A stretch of DNA of 64,000 nucleotides from an uncultured Gemmatimonadales bacterium (GCA_947259315.1 CAMYLR010000023.1:6276-70275); one strand, 5' to 3'. Shown: positions 1 to 8,242, counted from the first letter of the stretch. The notes: generated by a model not told the origin, from the letters alone. Translations and numbers: made by a program.

Positions 1-1217
1 TCGGGGAGATGCTGCTGGTCGACCACCGCGCCTTCGTAGTCGTGCGCGTACTGATACCCCGCACCGTAGCCCAGGTCCTTCATAAGCTGAGTCGGGGCGT
101 TTCTCAGGTGTAACGGGACCGGCTCGCGCTCGGTCTCGCGGGCATCGGCGGCAGCGCGCTGATAACCGCTGTAGATCGCGTTCGACTTGGGGGCGATCGC
201 CAGATAAACCGCCGCTTGGGCCAGCGCCAACGCGCCCTCGGGCATGCCGATGAAGTGGACCGCCTGCTGGGCGGCGACCGCCTGTGGCAGCGCGCGCGGA
301 TCGGCCAACCCGACGTCCTCGGAAGCGAACCGCACCAGCCTCCGCGCGATGTACAGCGGATCTTCGCCCGCCTCCAACATCCGCGCCAGCCAGTACAACC
401 CCGCGTGCGGATCGGAATCGCGCAGCGACTTGTGGAGCGCGGAGATGATGTTGTAGTGCTCTTCCCCCGCCTTGTCGTAGCGGAGCGCTTTCTTCTGCAA
501 TGCGGCCTCGACCTGGTCGCGGGTGATCGTCGCCCCATCGGCCGCCAGCGACGCCGCCAACTCCAGCGTCGACAGCGCCACCCGGGCGTCGCCCTGAGCG
601 GACTCGCAGACGAACTCGCGGGCGGCGTCGTCGAGTGCCATATCCCGAGCGGCGAGACCGACGTCCGAGTCGTCCATCGCGCGATCGACCAACACCCCGA
701 TCTGTTCCGGCGTCAGCGACTCGAGCGTGTACACGCGGAGTCGCGACAAGAGCGCGGCGTTGATCTCGAACGACGGGTTCTCCGTGGTGGCGCCGATCAA
801 CGTGACGACGCCCTTCTCGACGTGGGGCAGGAACGCGTCCTGCTGCGCCTTGTTGAAACGATGGATCTCGTCGCAGAAGAGGATCGTGCGCTGACCGGTG
901 GTACCGATCGTCTCGCGGGCTTGGGCGACGATCCGCTTGACGTCGGCGACACCCATCGTGACGGCGCTGAACCACACGAACCGCGACCCGGTGGCCTCGG
1001 CGATGATCCACGCCAGCGTCGTTTTTCCGGTGCCCGGAGGACCCCAGAAGACGAGCGAGTGGATCTCGTCGGCCTCGATCATGCGGCGCAATACCGCGCC
1101 CGGTCCGACCAGGTGGTCCTGGCCGACAAACTCGTCCAACGATCTGGGGCGCAGTCGATCCGCCAGCGGCGCGGCGGCATCCAACCGCTCGCCAGCCAGC
1201 TGCTCGAAGAGGTCCAT
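1..1217 (-). CDS. rarA: replication-associated recombination protein A (RarA/MgsA AAA+ ATPase); the C-terminal end runs off the left edge of the window
   Basis: It is absent from the ORF track because it has no in-window stop. My minus-strand translation from ATG 1217..1215 gives MDLFEQLAGERL..VFWGPPGTGKTTLAWIIA (Walker A)..ILFCDEIHRFNKAQQDAFLPHVE..YDKAGEEHYNIISALHKSLRDSDPHAGLYWLARML, open to position 1. The listed ORF 216..1220 (+) is its antisense shadow. Confidence 0.9.
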   Translation of the reverse strand, partial: MDLFEQLAGERLDAAAPLADRLRPRSLDEFVGQDHLVGPGAVLRRMIEADEIHSLVFWGPPGTGKTTLAWIIAEATGSRFVWFSAVTMGVADVKRIVAQARETIGTTGQRTILFCDEIHRFNKAQQDAFLPHVEKGVVTLIGATTENPSFEINAALLSRLRVYTLESLTPEQIGVLVDRAMDDSDVGLAARDMALDDAAREFVCESAQGDARVALSTLELAASLAADGATITRDQVEAALQKKALRYDKAGEEHYNIISALHKSLRDSDPHAGLYWLARMLEAGEDPLYIARRLVRFASEDVGLADPRALPQAVAAQQAVHFIGMPEGALALAQAAVYLAIAPKSNAIYSGYQRAAADARETEREPVPLHLRNAPTQLMKDLGYGAGYQYAHDYEGAVVDQQHLP

Positions 1218-2098
1218 TAACTGGCCCGCGCCGTCTCCCTCGCTTTGGGATCGGGTTGGCCACCGGCGAGAACGATGGTGCGATCGAGAAGCCCGGCCAA
1301 AGTCTTAGCCGTGGCCCCGCTGGCGTCCCGATTGAGATCGTAGCGCGCCAACCCCAAGCACCGAATCGGTTGGTCCCCGAGCGCGTTCTCGATCGCCGCC
1401 ACGAGATCGGCGGGCGTTAACGCGTTCTCGACCGTCTCGTCCGCCGCGGGTACGCCCTCAGGCTCGAGCACCGAAGCGTCGATGTGCACGTACCAACCGT
1501 CGACGTCGGTATCGGCCACGGCTGCGGTCAACCCCGACAGCGTATCCGGGCCGATGACGCGGATCCCGTCGTCGTCCAACGCTCGGGACTCGTCACCGTC
1601 CAGCCTTTGACCGCCGATCACGATCACGTTGCGGCCCGACAGCTTGCACGGCTTGACGGCCATGCTGTCGCGCTGTTGGCGACCGGTCATCATCGCCAGC
1701 GTCGTCCGGTCGCGCTTTGGACGGCGGAAGAAACTGGTCGTCGCGTAATCCCCGCGCGGCGAAAACCACAACACGCCGGTGCGCGGTCCAAACCCGTCGA
1801 CGACCCCCAGCGCGCAACCGTTGACGAGGCTAAACACGACCGGGAAACGGCTGCGGTCCCACGCCGACAGCACCGCATCGCCGATCGCGCGCGCGTACGC
1901 CTCGGTAATCCGCGCTTCCGCTACCGGCTTCTCGAAGCCGAAGTCCTCGAGTCGCGCCGTCCACCCCAAGGGGCCCAGAAGATCGGCCAGCGTGCGCAAC
2001 CCGAGCCCGCCGGGGCGATGATCTCCGTCGGGCTGTCGCACACCATCGCGCGACGGCATCGGCAGAAACTGCAAATGATCGACAAAACTCTTGCTCAT
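1217..2098 (-). CDS. divergent arginase/agmatinase-fold (ureohydrolase family) protein
   Basis: A 293-aa ORF whose block order resembles ureohydrolases: FPVVFSLVNGCALGVV, GVLWFSPRGDYATT, NVIVIGGQRLDGDESRALDDDGIRVIG, WYVHIDASVLEP. The canonical metal-ligand motifs (GGDHS, DAHxD, DxDxxDP) are mostly substituted. Its TAA stop overlaps the rarA ATG by 1 nt. Confidence 0.45.
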   Translation of the reverse strand: MSKSFVDHLQFLPMPSRDGVRQPDGDHRPGGLGLRTLADLLGPLGWTARLEDFGFEKPVAEARITEAYARAIGDAVLSAWDRSRFPVVFSLVNGCALGVVDGFGPRTGVLWFSPRGDYATTSFFRRPKRDRTTLAMMTGRQQRDSMAVKPCKLSGRNVIVIGGQRLDGDESRALDDDGIRVIGPDTLSGLTAAVADTDVDGWYVHIDASVLEPEGVPAADETVENALTPADLVAAIENALGDQPIRCLGLARYDLNRDASGATAKTLAGLLDRTIVLAGGQPDPKARETARAS

Positions 2099-2124
2099 CG
2101 GTATTTCGTCTCCATTCGGTATCG

Positions 2125-2763
2125 TCAGCTCATTACGGGGCTCGGCTCGGATGCCACTTCATGGTTGAGCCGGGTCCTAGAAACATAAGGCGATTCGGGG
2201 TCGAAGCACCGCCACAACCGTTCCGTGCCGACCTTGATCCCGACCCGCGGGCTCCACGCGATCTCGGCCGGCGGCACCCCGGCTTCGATCCACAACGTAT
2301 CGCCGGTCAGGTCGAGACGGTTGTGCTCGAGCGTGAGCCCCAGCGCGTCGCAGAGCTTGCCGGGACCGTTGGCCAGGTCGCGATCGACGACCGGTGTACG
2401 ACGCCTGGCCCGCGCGAAGCGACGGCCGCGCATGCGATCCAGCCCTTCGAGCGGCTCCAGCGCACGGATCAAAACCGCCGACGGCAGCCCCTGGGCTCGG
2501 GTCACTGCGTTCAAACAATAGTACATCCCGTAGATAAGATAGATGTACGCGTGTCCCGGTTGGCCGTAAAGCACTTCGGTGCGCCCGGTGCGACCGGCAG
2601 CCGCGTGACACGCCGGGTCGTCCTCGCCCTGATACGCCTCGACCTCGACGATCCGACCGCTGGTCACGCCGTCGGGTCCAGCGTGGACCAACGTGCACCC
2701 CAAGAGCGCCGGTGCGACCTCGAGCGTGTCGCGAGCGTAATGGTCGCGCCCCAATCGGCTCAC
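2125..2763 (-). CDS. mpg: DNA-3-methyladenine glycosylase (Mpg/AAG family)
   Basis: The C-terminal 212 aa of ORF 2125..3318 read VSRLGRDHYARDTLEVAPALLGCTLVH..IVEVEAYQGEDDPACHAAAGRTGRTEVLYGQPGHAYIYLIYGMYYCLNAV..GPGKLCDALGL. The start is placed at GTG 2763, which overlaps the cca stop (GTGA). The upstream part of the ORF overlaps cca and is rejected. Confidence 0.85.
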   Translation of the reverse strand: MSRLGRDHYARDTLEVAPALLGCTLVHAGPDGVTSGRIVEVEAYQGEDDPACHAAAGRTGRTEVLYGQPGHAYIYLIYGMYYCLNAVTRAQGLPSAVLIRALEPLEGLDRMRGRRFARARRRTPVVDRDLANGPGKLCDALGLTLEHNRLDLTGDTLWIEAGVPPAEIAWSPRVGIKVGTERLWRCFDPESPYVSRTRLNHEVASEPSPVMS

Positions 2764-4133
2764 GTGTGATTCACCGGCTGGAGTCCGGTCTGGTCGCGGA
2801 CCATCTCCAACAGCGTCTCCCTGGTGTTGAGCGCCGGTTGCTCGATGACTTGTTCGAGCAACCACTCCAGCGTCTGACCGAACTCGGGCCCCGGCGCGAG
2901 CCCCATCGCCGCTAGATCGTTGCCATCGATCGCCAGATCCTCGACGCGCAACGCGGTCTGCTGCTTGAGCACCCGGCGCGCGTGATGGTACAGGTCGACG
3001 ATCGGCGTGGGCGGTCGCTCGGCGCGTTTGCGATTCCCGCGCCAGTCGGCGAGCTGGAGACGATACAGATCCCACAAGTGCTCCTCGCCTACGCGCCGGA
3101 TCCAGCGCCGAATCGCAGCGTCCGATACGTCCGGCGGGGGCAGGTCCATGTGCACCCGCACCAGATGCGAGGCTCGAGCGACCTCGCGGCGCGAGAACTT
3201 GAGCCGCCGCAGCGCCTGCCGGGTCAACCGCGCGCTCGGCACCTCGTGTTGCGGGAACGTCCAGTCCCCCGTCTCGGGGTGAACCTCGCGCGCCATCGGC
3301 TTCCCCAGATCGTGACACAGGGCGACCACCCGCAGGAACGGTCGCCGGGGGTGCACGTTGTCGGCCACCAACAGCGTATGCACCCCAACGTCATCCGCGT
3401 GGTAGACGTTCTGCTCGACGCCAAAGCACACCGCCAGCTCGGGGAACAGGAGCGGCACTGCGCCGTACTGGCGCCACAGGCCCATGACCGACGACACGGA
3501 GCGACATTCGGCCAGCGTCTTCAAGAGCTCGTCCCGCACCCGCTCTCCCGAGAGGTGAATGACGCCCGCGGCGTGGCGCCCCAGTGCGCGCTCGGTCTCG
3601 GGTTCGATCTCGAGCCCAAACCGCACCGCGAACCGAAACGCGCGCAAGACGCGCAGATAATCCTCCGGGAACCGTTGATCGGGTTCGCCGACGGCGCGAA
3701 GGACGCCAGTTTCGAGATCGCCGCGGCCATCGAACGGATCGATAACGGCGTCGCTCTCGAGATCCCAGGCGATCGCATTGATCGTGAAGTCGCGCCGCTC
3801 CAGGTCCTCCTCGAGCGTGGCCCCAAACCGGACCTCGGCGTGTCGCCCGTCGGTCGCGACGTCGGTCCGAAAGGTCGTGACCTCGATCGTCTCGTCCTCG
3901 GCTCGCACGCCGACGGTGCCGTGCTCGACCCCGATCGGGAAGGTGACCGGGAAGAGCGACTGGACGACCTCGGGGTGCGCCGCGGTAGCGACGTCCCAGT
4001 CGCCGACCCGCTCGCCACGCAGGCTGTCGCGCACGGCGCCACCCACGGCGTAGGCCGGGTGACCGGCCCCGACGAGCCGTTCCACGACCGCCCGCAGTCC
4101 GCGCGTTGGTTGCAGCAAGGTCGCCTGCTTCAT
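2760..4133 (-). CDS. cca: CCA-adding enzyme / poly(A) polymerase-family tRNA nucleotidyltransferase with HD domain
   Basis: MKQATLLQ..AYAVGGAVRDSLRGERVGDWDVAT..RRDFTINAIAW..ALCHDLGKP (HD). The start is taken at ATG 4133, internal Met 82 of ORF 2760..4376. Confidence 0.85.
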   Translation of the reverse strand: MKQATLLQPTRGLRAVVERLVGAGHPAYAVGGAVRDSLRGERVGDWDVATAAHPEVVQSLFPVTFPIGVEHGTVGVRAEDETIEVTTFRTDVATDGRHAEVRFGATLEEDLERRDFTINAIAWDLESDAVIDPFDGRGDLETGVLRAVGEPDQRFPEDYLRVLRAFRFAVRFGLEIEPETERALGRHAAGVIHLSGERVRDELLKTLAECRSVSSVMGLWRQYGAVPLLFPELAVCFGVEQNVYHADDVGVHTLLVADNVHPRRPFLRVVALCHDLGKPMAREVHPETGDWTFPQHEVPSARLTRQALRRLKFSRREVARASHLVRVHMDLPPPDVSDAAIRRWIRRVGEEHLWDLYRLQLADWRGNRKRAERPPTPIVDLYHHARRVLKQQTALRVEDLAIDGNDLAAMGLAPGPEFGQTLEWLLEQVIEQPALNTRETLLEMVRDQTGLQPVNHT

Positions 4134-4166
4134 AGAGATAGAAATGTACCGACTCCCGGCGCCGGC

Positions 4167-4195
4167 TTGACACCCCACGCTGGCTGTGGTAATAT
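4167..4195 (+). promoter_or_regulatory. sigma-70-type promoter upstream of rho
   Basis: TTGACA (4167..4172), a 17-nt spacer, then TAATAT (4190..4195). It lies about 185 nt upstream of the rho ATG and stands out in a high-GC background. Confidence 0.55.
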
Positions 4196-4381
4196 GCTCA
4201 ATCGAGAGCAATTCTACGCCTCGAGTCCCCGTAATCCTTTTACAACGCAACCGGACACGGCCCAACCGCCGTTCCCTTCGCTCACCGCACAGAGGTAACC
4301 CACTTGAATCGTTCCCGTTCCCGCGCTCCTCGCGCACGACATCACAAGCGCCCGCCGACGCCCGGTCCAAACGCAATCGTT

Positions 4382-5565
4382 ATGGACATCGGCGAAATCA
4401 AGTCCAAGTCGATCCCCGAGCTCCACGAAATGGCCGAGAAACTCAGCATCCAGAACTTCGCCGGCCTGCGCAAGCAAGACCTGATCTTCAAGATCGAGCA
4501 GAACCTGCTCGACAACGAAACCGTTCTGCGCGGCGAGGGTGTGCTCGAGATCCTACCCGAGGGGTACGGCTTCCTTCGGAGCCCGGATTGGAACTACCTG
4601 TACGGGCCCGACGACATCTACGTCTCGCCGAGTCAGATCAAGCGATTCGATCTCAAGACCGGCGATACGATCCAGGGGCAAGTGCGTCCGCCAAAGGAAG
4701 GCGAACGGTACTTGGCGCTGCTCAAGGTCGAGGCGGTCAACTACACCGATCCCGACAAAGCCAAGCACACCGTCTTTTTCGACAACTTGCGACCGCTCTA
4801 CCCCGAGCAAGATATCCAGCTCGAGCGCAAGGACGGCGATCTGTCGATGCGGATCATGGACCTGTTCTCTCCGATCGGGAAGGGCCAACGCGGGCTGATC
4901 GTCTCGCCGCCCAAGGCGGGTAAGACGATTCTGCTCCAGAAGATCGCCAACTCGATCACCGAGAATGAGCCCGACATCAAGCTGATCGTACTGCTGATCG
5001 ACGAGCGGCCCGAAGAGGTGACCGACATGGAGCGCTCGGTCGACGGTGAGGTCATCGCCTCGACGTTCGATGAGCCAGCCGATCGTCACGTCCAGGTCGC
5101 CGACATGGTGATCGAGAAAGCCAAGCGACTGGTCGAGAACGGTCACGACGTCGTGATCCTGCTCGACTCGATTACGCCCACGCGCTGCACAAGCCCAAGC
5201 GGTTCTTTGGCGCCGCGCGCAACATCGAGGAGGGCGGCTCGCTGACGATCGTCGCCACGGCGTTGATCGACACCGGCAGCCGGATGGACGAGGTCATCTT
5301 CGAGGAGTTCAAGGGCACCGGTAACATGGAGCTGGTGCTCGACCGCTCACTGTCCGATCGCCGGATCTACCCGGCCATCGATATCAACCGGTCGGGAACG
5401 CGCCATGAGGAGCTGCTGATCCCCGAGGATCAGCTGCAGCGGATTTGGCTGCTGCGGAAGTTCTTGAACGATATGAACCCTGCCGAGGCGATGGAGTTTT
5501 TGATTGAGAAGATGAAGAGGACAGACACGAATACCGAGTTCCTCGCCTCCATGTCCGGAGATTGA
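4382..5565 (+). pseudogene. rho: transcription termination factor Rho, interrupted by an out-of-frame internal deletion near 5177
   Basis: ORF 4304..5245 gives [84 protein letters not shown] and then nonsense. ORF 5263..5565, extended leftward in its own frame, gives [64 protein letters not shown]. About 22 codons (the RLARAYN..SGK..GG.D block) are missing. The span is 1184 nt, which is not a multiple of 3. Confidence 0.8.
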
Positions 5566-5566
5566 C

Positions 5567-5683
5567 GGCCGCTCCTGGAGGTGCATCTCTGCGTTGCGCT
5601 CGTCGGGCTTCGCTGCGGCGTACCTATCAGTACGCCTCGCTTACCCTCCTCCCGCGCCTTGATCTGCACCACCAATAACGGCC
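5567..5683. repeat. copy A of a two-copy intergenic structured element: conserved core of about 85 nt inside a locus-specific closing helix
   Basis: Core 5583..5666 aligns to the reverse complement of 11949..12035, with 71 identities in 87 columns by hand. Closing helices are 5567..5571/5679..5683 and 5576..5585/5665..5674 (9 of 10 bp). The central hairpin is GGCGTAC-CTATCA-GTACGCC at 5617..5636. Confidence 0.7.
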
Positions 5684-5716
5684 TAAAACCAAGACCTGCC
5701 GAGAGTAGCGTTGCAA

Positions 5717-6157
5717 ATGGATGAACGTGTTTTAGCGATCGACTACGGTGAGCGGCGCGTGGGGATGGCGGTGTCGGACCCGACGTACGGCTACGTGCGC
5801 GGGTTGCCGACGATCGACCGCCGCGAGCTGACTTCATCGCTGTTCGAGGCGATCGCCGACGTGGTGGGCCAGGAGGAGATCGGCCGCATCGTGATCGGCA
5901 TCCCCTATACGCTCGACGGCACGGAGGGCAAAGCGGCGCGCCAGGTGCGGAGCTTCGCCGGCGACCTCGCCAACCAGATCGACGTGCCGATCGACGAGTG
6001 GGACGAGCGGTTGACGTCCGAAGCCGCCCGGCGAGCGCTGCGCGAGGCGGGCCACGACGAGCGCGCCATCCGCACCAAGGTCGACCAGCTGAGTGCTGTC
6101 CTAATGCTCGAAGGGTACCTGCGTTTGCGCGCCCATCGGGAGGAAGCATCCGAATGA
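5717..6157 (+). CDS. ruvX: Holliday-junction resolvase-like protein RuvX/YqgF
   Basis: MDERVLAIDYGERRVGMAVSD..RIVIGIPYTLDGTEGKAARQVRSFA..DERLTS. ATG 5717 is preferred over TTG 5711. The stop overlaps the mltG start (ATGA). Confidence 0.85.
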   Translation: MDERVLAIDYGERRVGMAVSDPTYGYVRGLPTIDRRELTSSLFEAIADVVGQEEIGRIVIGIPYTLDGTEGKAARQVRSFAGDLANQIDVPIDEWDERLTSEAARRALREAGHDERAIRTKVDQLSAVLMLEGYLRLRAHREEASE

Positions 6158-7158
6158 TCGGTCGGCGCCGGCGGATGGTGGTCATCGGCCTGGCAATCGT
6201 TGCGCTCGGTGCGTTGGCGATCGCCGGAACGTGGGCGCTGTCGGCCAACCGCGCGCCCAGCGCGGCGACCACATCGGTGTTGCTCGATGTCGAGCGCGGG
6301 ACGACGGTCCGCGCGCTGGGTCACCAGCTCGCCGATCGCGGCGTCATCCGAAGTCCGTTGCTGTTCGAGCTCCGGCTGCGGGCCCGCGGCGATGCGAACC
6401 GCATTCAGGCCGGCACCTACGATCTGCCGCGCAACGAACCGCTCGACGAGATCATCGACATGTTGATCGAGGGCCGGACGCTGTTGGTCACGGTGACGGT
6501 GCCCGAAGGGTTGCGGCTCGAGGAGACAGCGGGGGCGGTGGCGCGCGGGCTCGGGATCGATTCGGCGGCGTTCGCCGCCGTCGCGACCGACTCCCTGCTG
6601 GCGGATTCGCTCGGGCTGCCGACCGCCACGCTCGAAGGCTACCTGTTTCCCGAGACGTATCACGTCGATCCGACGACCGGCCCGCGCGAGCTCGCGCTTC
6701 ACCTGGTGGGCCAATTCAACCAGGTGTTCACGCCTGCGTGGCGGGCGCGGGCCGACTCGCTCGGTCGCTCGGTGCACGAGATCGTGACGCTGGCCTCGAT
6801 CGTCGAGGAAGAAGCGCAAGTGGCGAGCGAGCGCACGGTGATCGCGGGCGTCTTCTGGAACCGATTGGACCGCGGGATGAAGCTCGAAGCCGACCCGACC
6901 GTGCAGTACTCGCTCGGCGGCCATCGCGCGCGCGTCCTGTATCGCGATCTCGAGGTCGATTCGCCGTACAACACGTATCGCAACGTCGGTCTTCCGCCGG
7001 GTCCGATCTCGAGTCCCGGCGCAGCCGCGCTGGAAGCGACGCTATACCCCGATTCGGTGCCGTATCTCTACTTCTTCGCTACCGGCGTCGGCGGGCAACA
7101 CACCTTCAGCAAAACGTTCGCCGAGCACAACCGCAAGCGGCGCCAACTCGGCAGGTAG
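6154..7158 (+). CDS. mltG: endolytic murein transglycosylase MltG (YceG family)
   Basis: A TM anchor (MIGRRRRMVVIGLAIVALGALAIAG) is followed by EGYLFPETY..LASIVEEEA..VFWNRL..GMKLEADPTVQY..SPYNTYRNVGLPPGPISSPG. The start is at internal ATG 6154 of ORF 5998..7158. Confidence 0.9.
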   Translation: MIGRRRRMVVIGLAIVALGALAIAGTWALSANRAPSAATTSVLLDVERGTTVRALGHQLADRGVIRSPLLFELRLRARGDANRIQAGTYDLPRNEPLDEIIDMLIEGRTLLVTVTVPEGLRLEETAGAVARGLGIDSAAFAAVATDSLLADSLGLPTATLEGYLFPETYHVDPTTGPRELALHLVGQFNQVFTPAWRARADSLGRSVHEIVTLASIVEEEAQVASERTVIAGVFWNRLDRGMKLEADPTVQYSLGGHRARVLYRDLEVDSPYNTYRNVGLPPGPISSPGAAALEATLYPDSVPYLYFFATGVGGQHTFSKTFAEHNRKRRQLGR

Positions 7159-7161
7159 GAC

Positions 7162-8217
7162 CTAGCCCTGGGCTAGCAGCGCTTGGACTCGCCGCCGCGA
7201 AGCGGCGAACGGTGACTCATCGCGCTCACCGGCCTCGGCGAAGATCGCTTCGAGCGTCGGGCGGATGTCGTCCACCCGAGCGTTCAACTCCTCGACGTCA
7301 TCGACGCCGGTGGACATCAAACCGAACGCAGTCGCCCCGCCGGCGTTGACGACGTAGTCGGGCGCGTAAAGGATGTTGCGCTCGTGGAGTCGATCGGCAT
7401 CGTCGGGCTCGCCGAGCTGGGCGTTGGCCGAGCCGGCCACCACCCGACACGCGAGCTGTGGGATCGTCTCGCGATTGAGCACACCGGTCACCGCGCACGG
7501 CGCGAAGACATCACACGGTGTGCTGAAAACCGCCGCCGGTTCGACGAGCTCACCACCGACTTCGGCCGCCACACGCCGCGCGCGGTCGCCATCGATGTCA
7601 CTCACCGAGACTCGGGCTCCGACGTCGGCGAGCATCCGGGCCAACGGATGGCCCACGTCACCCACACCCTGGATCACCACGCTTCGACCGTCGATGTCGT
7701 CGCTTCCAAAACTCGCCGCGAGCGCGGCCTCGATCCCGCGCACGACGCCCCGCGCGGTGAACGGCCCCGGGTCCTGGGTCGCCCCCGTAACCGGGTCGAC
7801 GCCGTGGACGTAGCGCGTTTCGCCGGCGATGACTTGCATGTCCTCGGGTGTCGTCCCCAGATCGACGCCGGTTTGAAACGCGCCCTTGAGCGACTCCAGG
7901 AGCTGGCCGTAGCTGCGCAGCAATCCCGCCCGCGCCTCGCCCGACAGCGGCTCGGGAACCGCCAGCACCGCTTTGCCCCCACCGTATGGCAGTCCGATCA
8001 CCGCCCACTTGGCGGTCATGCCGGCCGCGAGTCGCATCGCGTCGGTGAGACCGGCGGCCGGTTCCGCGTAGGTGCGCATGCGCGTGCCGCCTACAGCCGA
8101 GCCAAGCTTCGTGTTGTGGATGGCGATGAAGATCCAGGTCGACGTGACCCGATCGAAGCGGGTTACGACCGCTTCCCCTTCCCACGCTTCGATCCGGTCT
8201 TCGATACCGCCCGACAT
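7162..8217 (-). CDS. Leu/Phe/Val dehydrogenase-type amino-acid dehydrogenase (Glu/Leu/Phe/Val DH family)
   Basis: 351 aa, with GSAVGGTRMRTY..KWAVIGLPYGGGKAVL..VVIQGVGDVGHPLARML..NILYAPDYVVNAGG. Confidence 0.8.
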   Translation of the reverse strand: MSGGIEDRIEAWEGEAVVTRFDRVTSTWIFIAIHNTKLGSAVGGTRMRTYAEPAAGLTDAMRLAAGMTAKWAVIGLPYGGGKAVLAVPEPLSGEARAGLLRSYGQLLESLKGAFQTGVDLGTTPEDMQVIAGETRYVHGVDPVTGATQDPGPFTARGVVRGIEAALAASFGSDDIDGRSVVIQGVGDVGHPLARMLADVGARVSVSDIDGDRARRVAAEVGGELVEPAAVFSTPCDVFAPCAVTGVLNRETIPQLACRVVAGSANAQLGEPDDADRLHERNILYAPDYVVNAGGATAFGLMSTGVDDVEELNARVDDIRPTLEAIFAEAGERDESPFAASRRRVQALLAQG

Positions 8218-8242
8218 GCGCCAGAGACGCCCGTTGACGCCG

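Noticed and set aside
216-1220. A 334-aa plus-strand ORF, and other ORFs nested in 104..1308.
   Set aside because: It is the antisense shadow of the clearly recognisable rarA gene on the minus strand. The translation is Arg/Gly/Asp-rich and low in complexity, as is typical of high-GC antisense frames.
1895-1911. A 17-mer, GTACGCCTCGGTAATCC, that matches the repeat core (GTACGCCTCGGTCATCC in copy B) at 16 of 17 positions.
   Set aside because: It lies inside a supported coding sequence (..EAYARAIG..). None of the rest of the core and no closing helix is present. I treat it as coincidence, although a genome-wide search would settle the matter.
2764-3318. Long N-terminal extensions offered by the ORF track for mpg. 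The same applies to the DUF3352 gene (10028..10261), rplS (14559..14921), the GT9 gene (51872..52186), tgt (26705..26887), thiE (23767..23982) and the beta-CASP gene (28059..28271).
   Set aside because: The extensions overlap the upstream genes, are Arg/Pro/Ser-rich, and precede internal starts that match family N-termini.
2982-4298. A 438-aa plus-strand ORF, and several 90-260-aa ORFs in the same area.
   Set aside because: They are antisense or out of frame relative to the well-supported cca gene. They have no recognisable motifs and an Arg/Pro-rich composition.
4304-4381. A TTG-initiated 26-aa N-terminal extension of rho ([26 protein letters not shown]).
   Set aside because: It lies within the C-rich leader and has no RBS. 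The conserved Rho N-terminus begins at ATG 4382. It cannot be fully excluded, because some Rho proteins have basic N-terminal extensions.
5567-5690. The idea that the two palindromic elements are integron attC sites (GCCTAAAAC and ATAGGC/GCCTAT resemble R-box halves).
   Set aside because: attC sites have conserved outer boxes and variable centres, which is the opposite of what is seen here. There is no integrase or cassette array, and the flanking genes are core housekeeping genes.
5430-6924. Long minus-strand ORFs of 280 aa and 339 aa.
   Set aside because: They are antisense to ruvX and mltG, both of which have strong family motifs. Their composition is typical of spurious high-GC ORFs.
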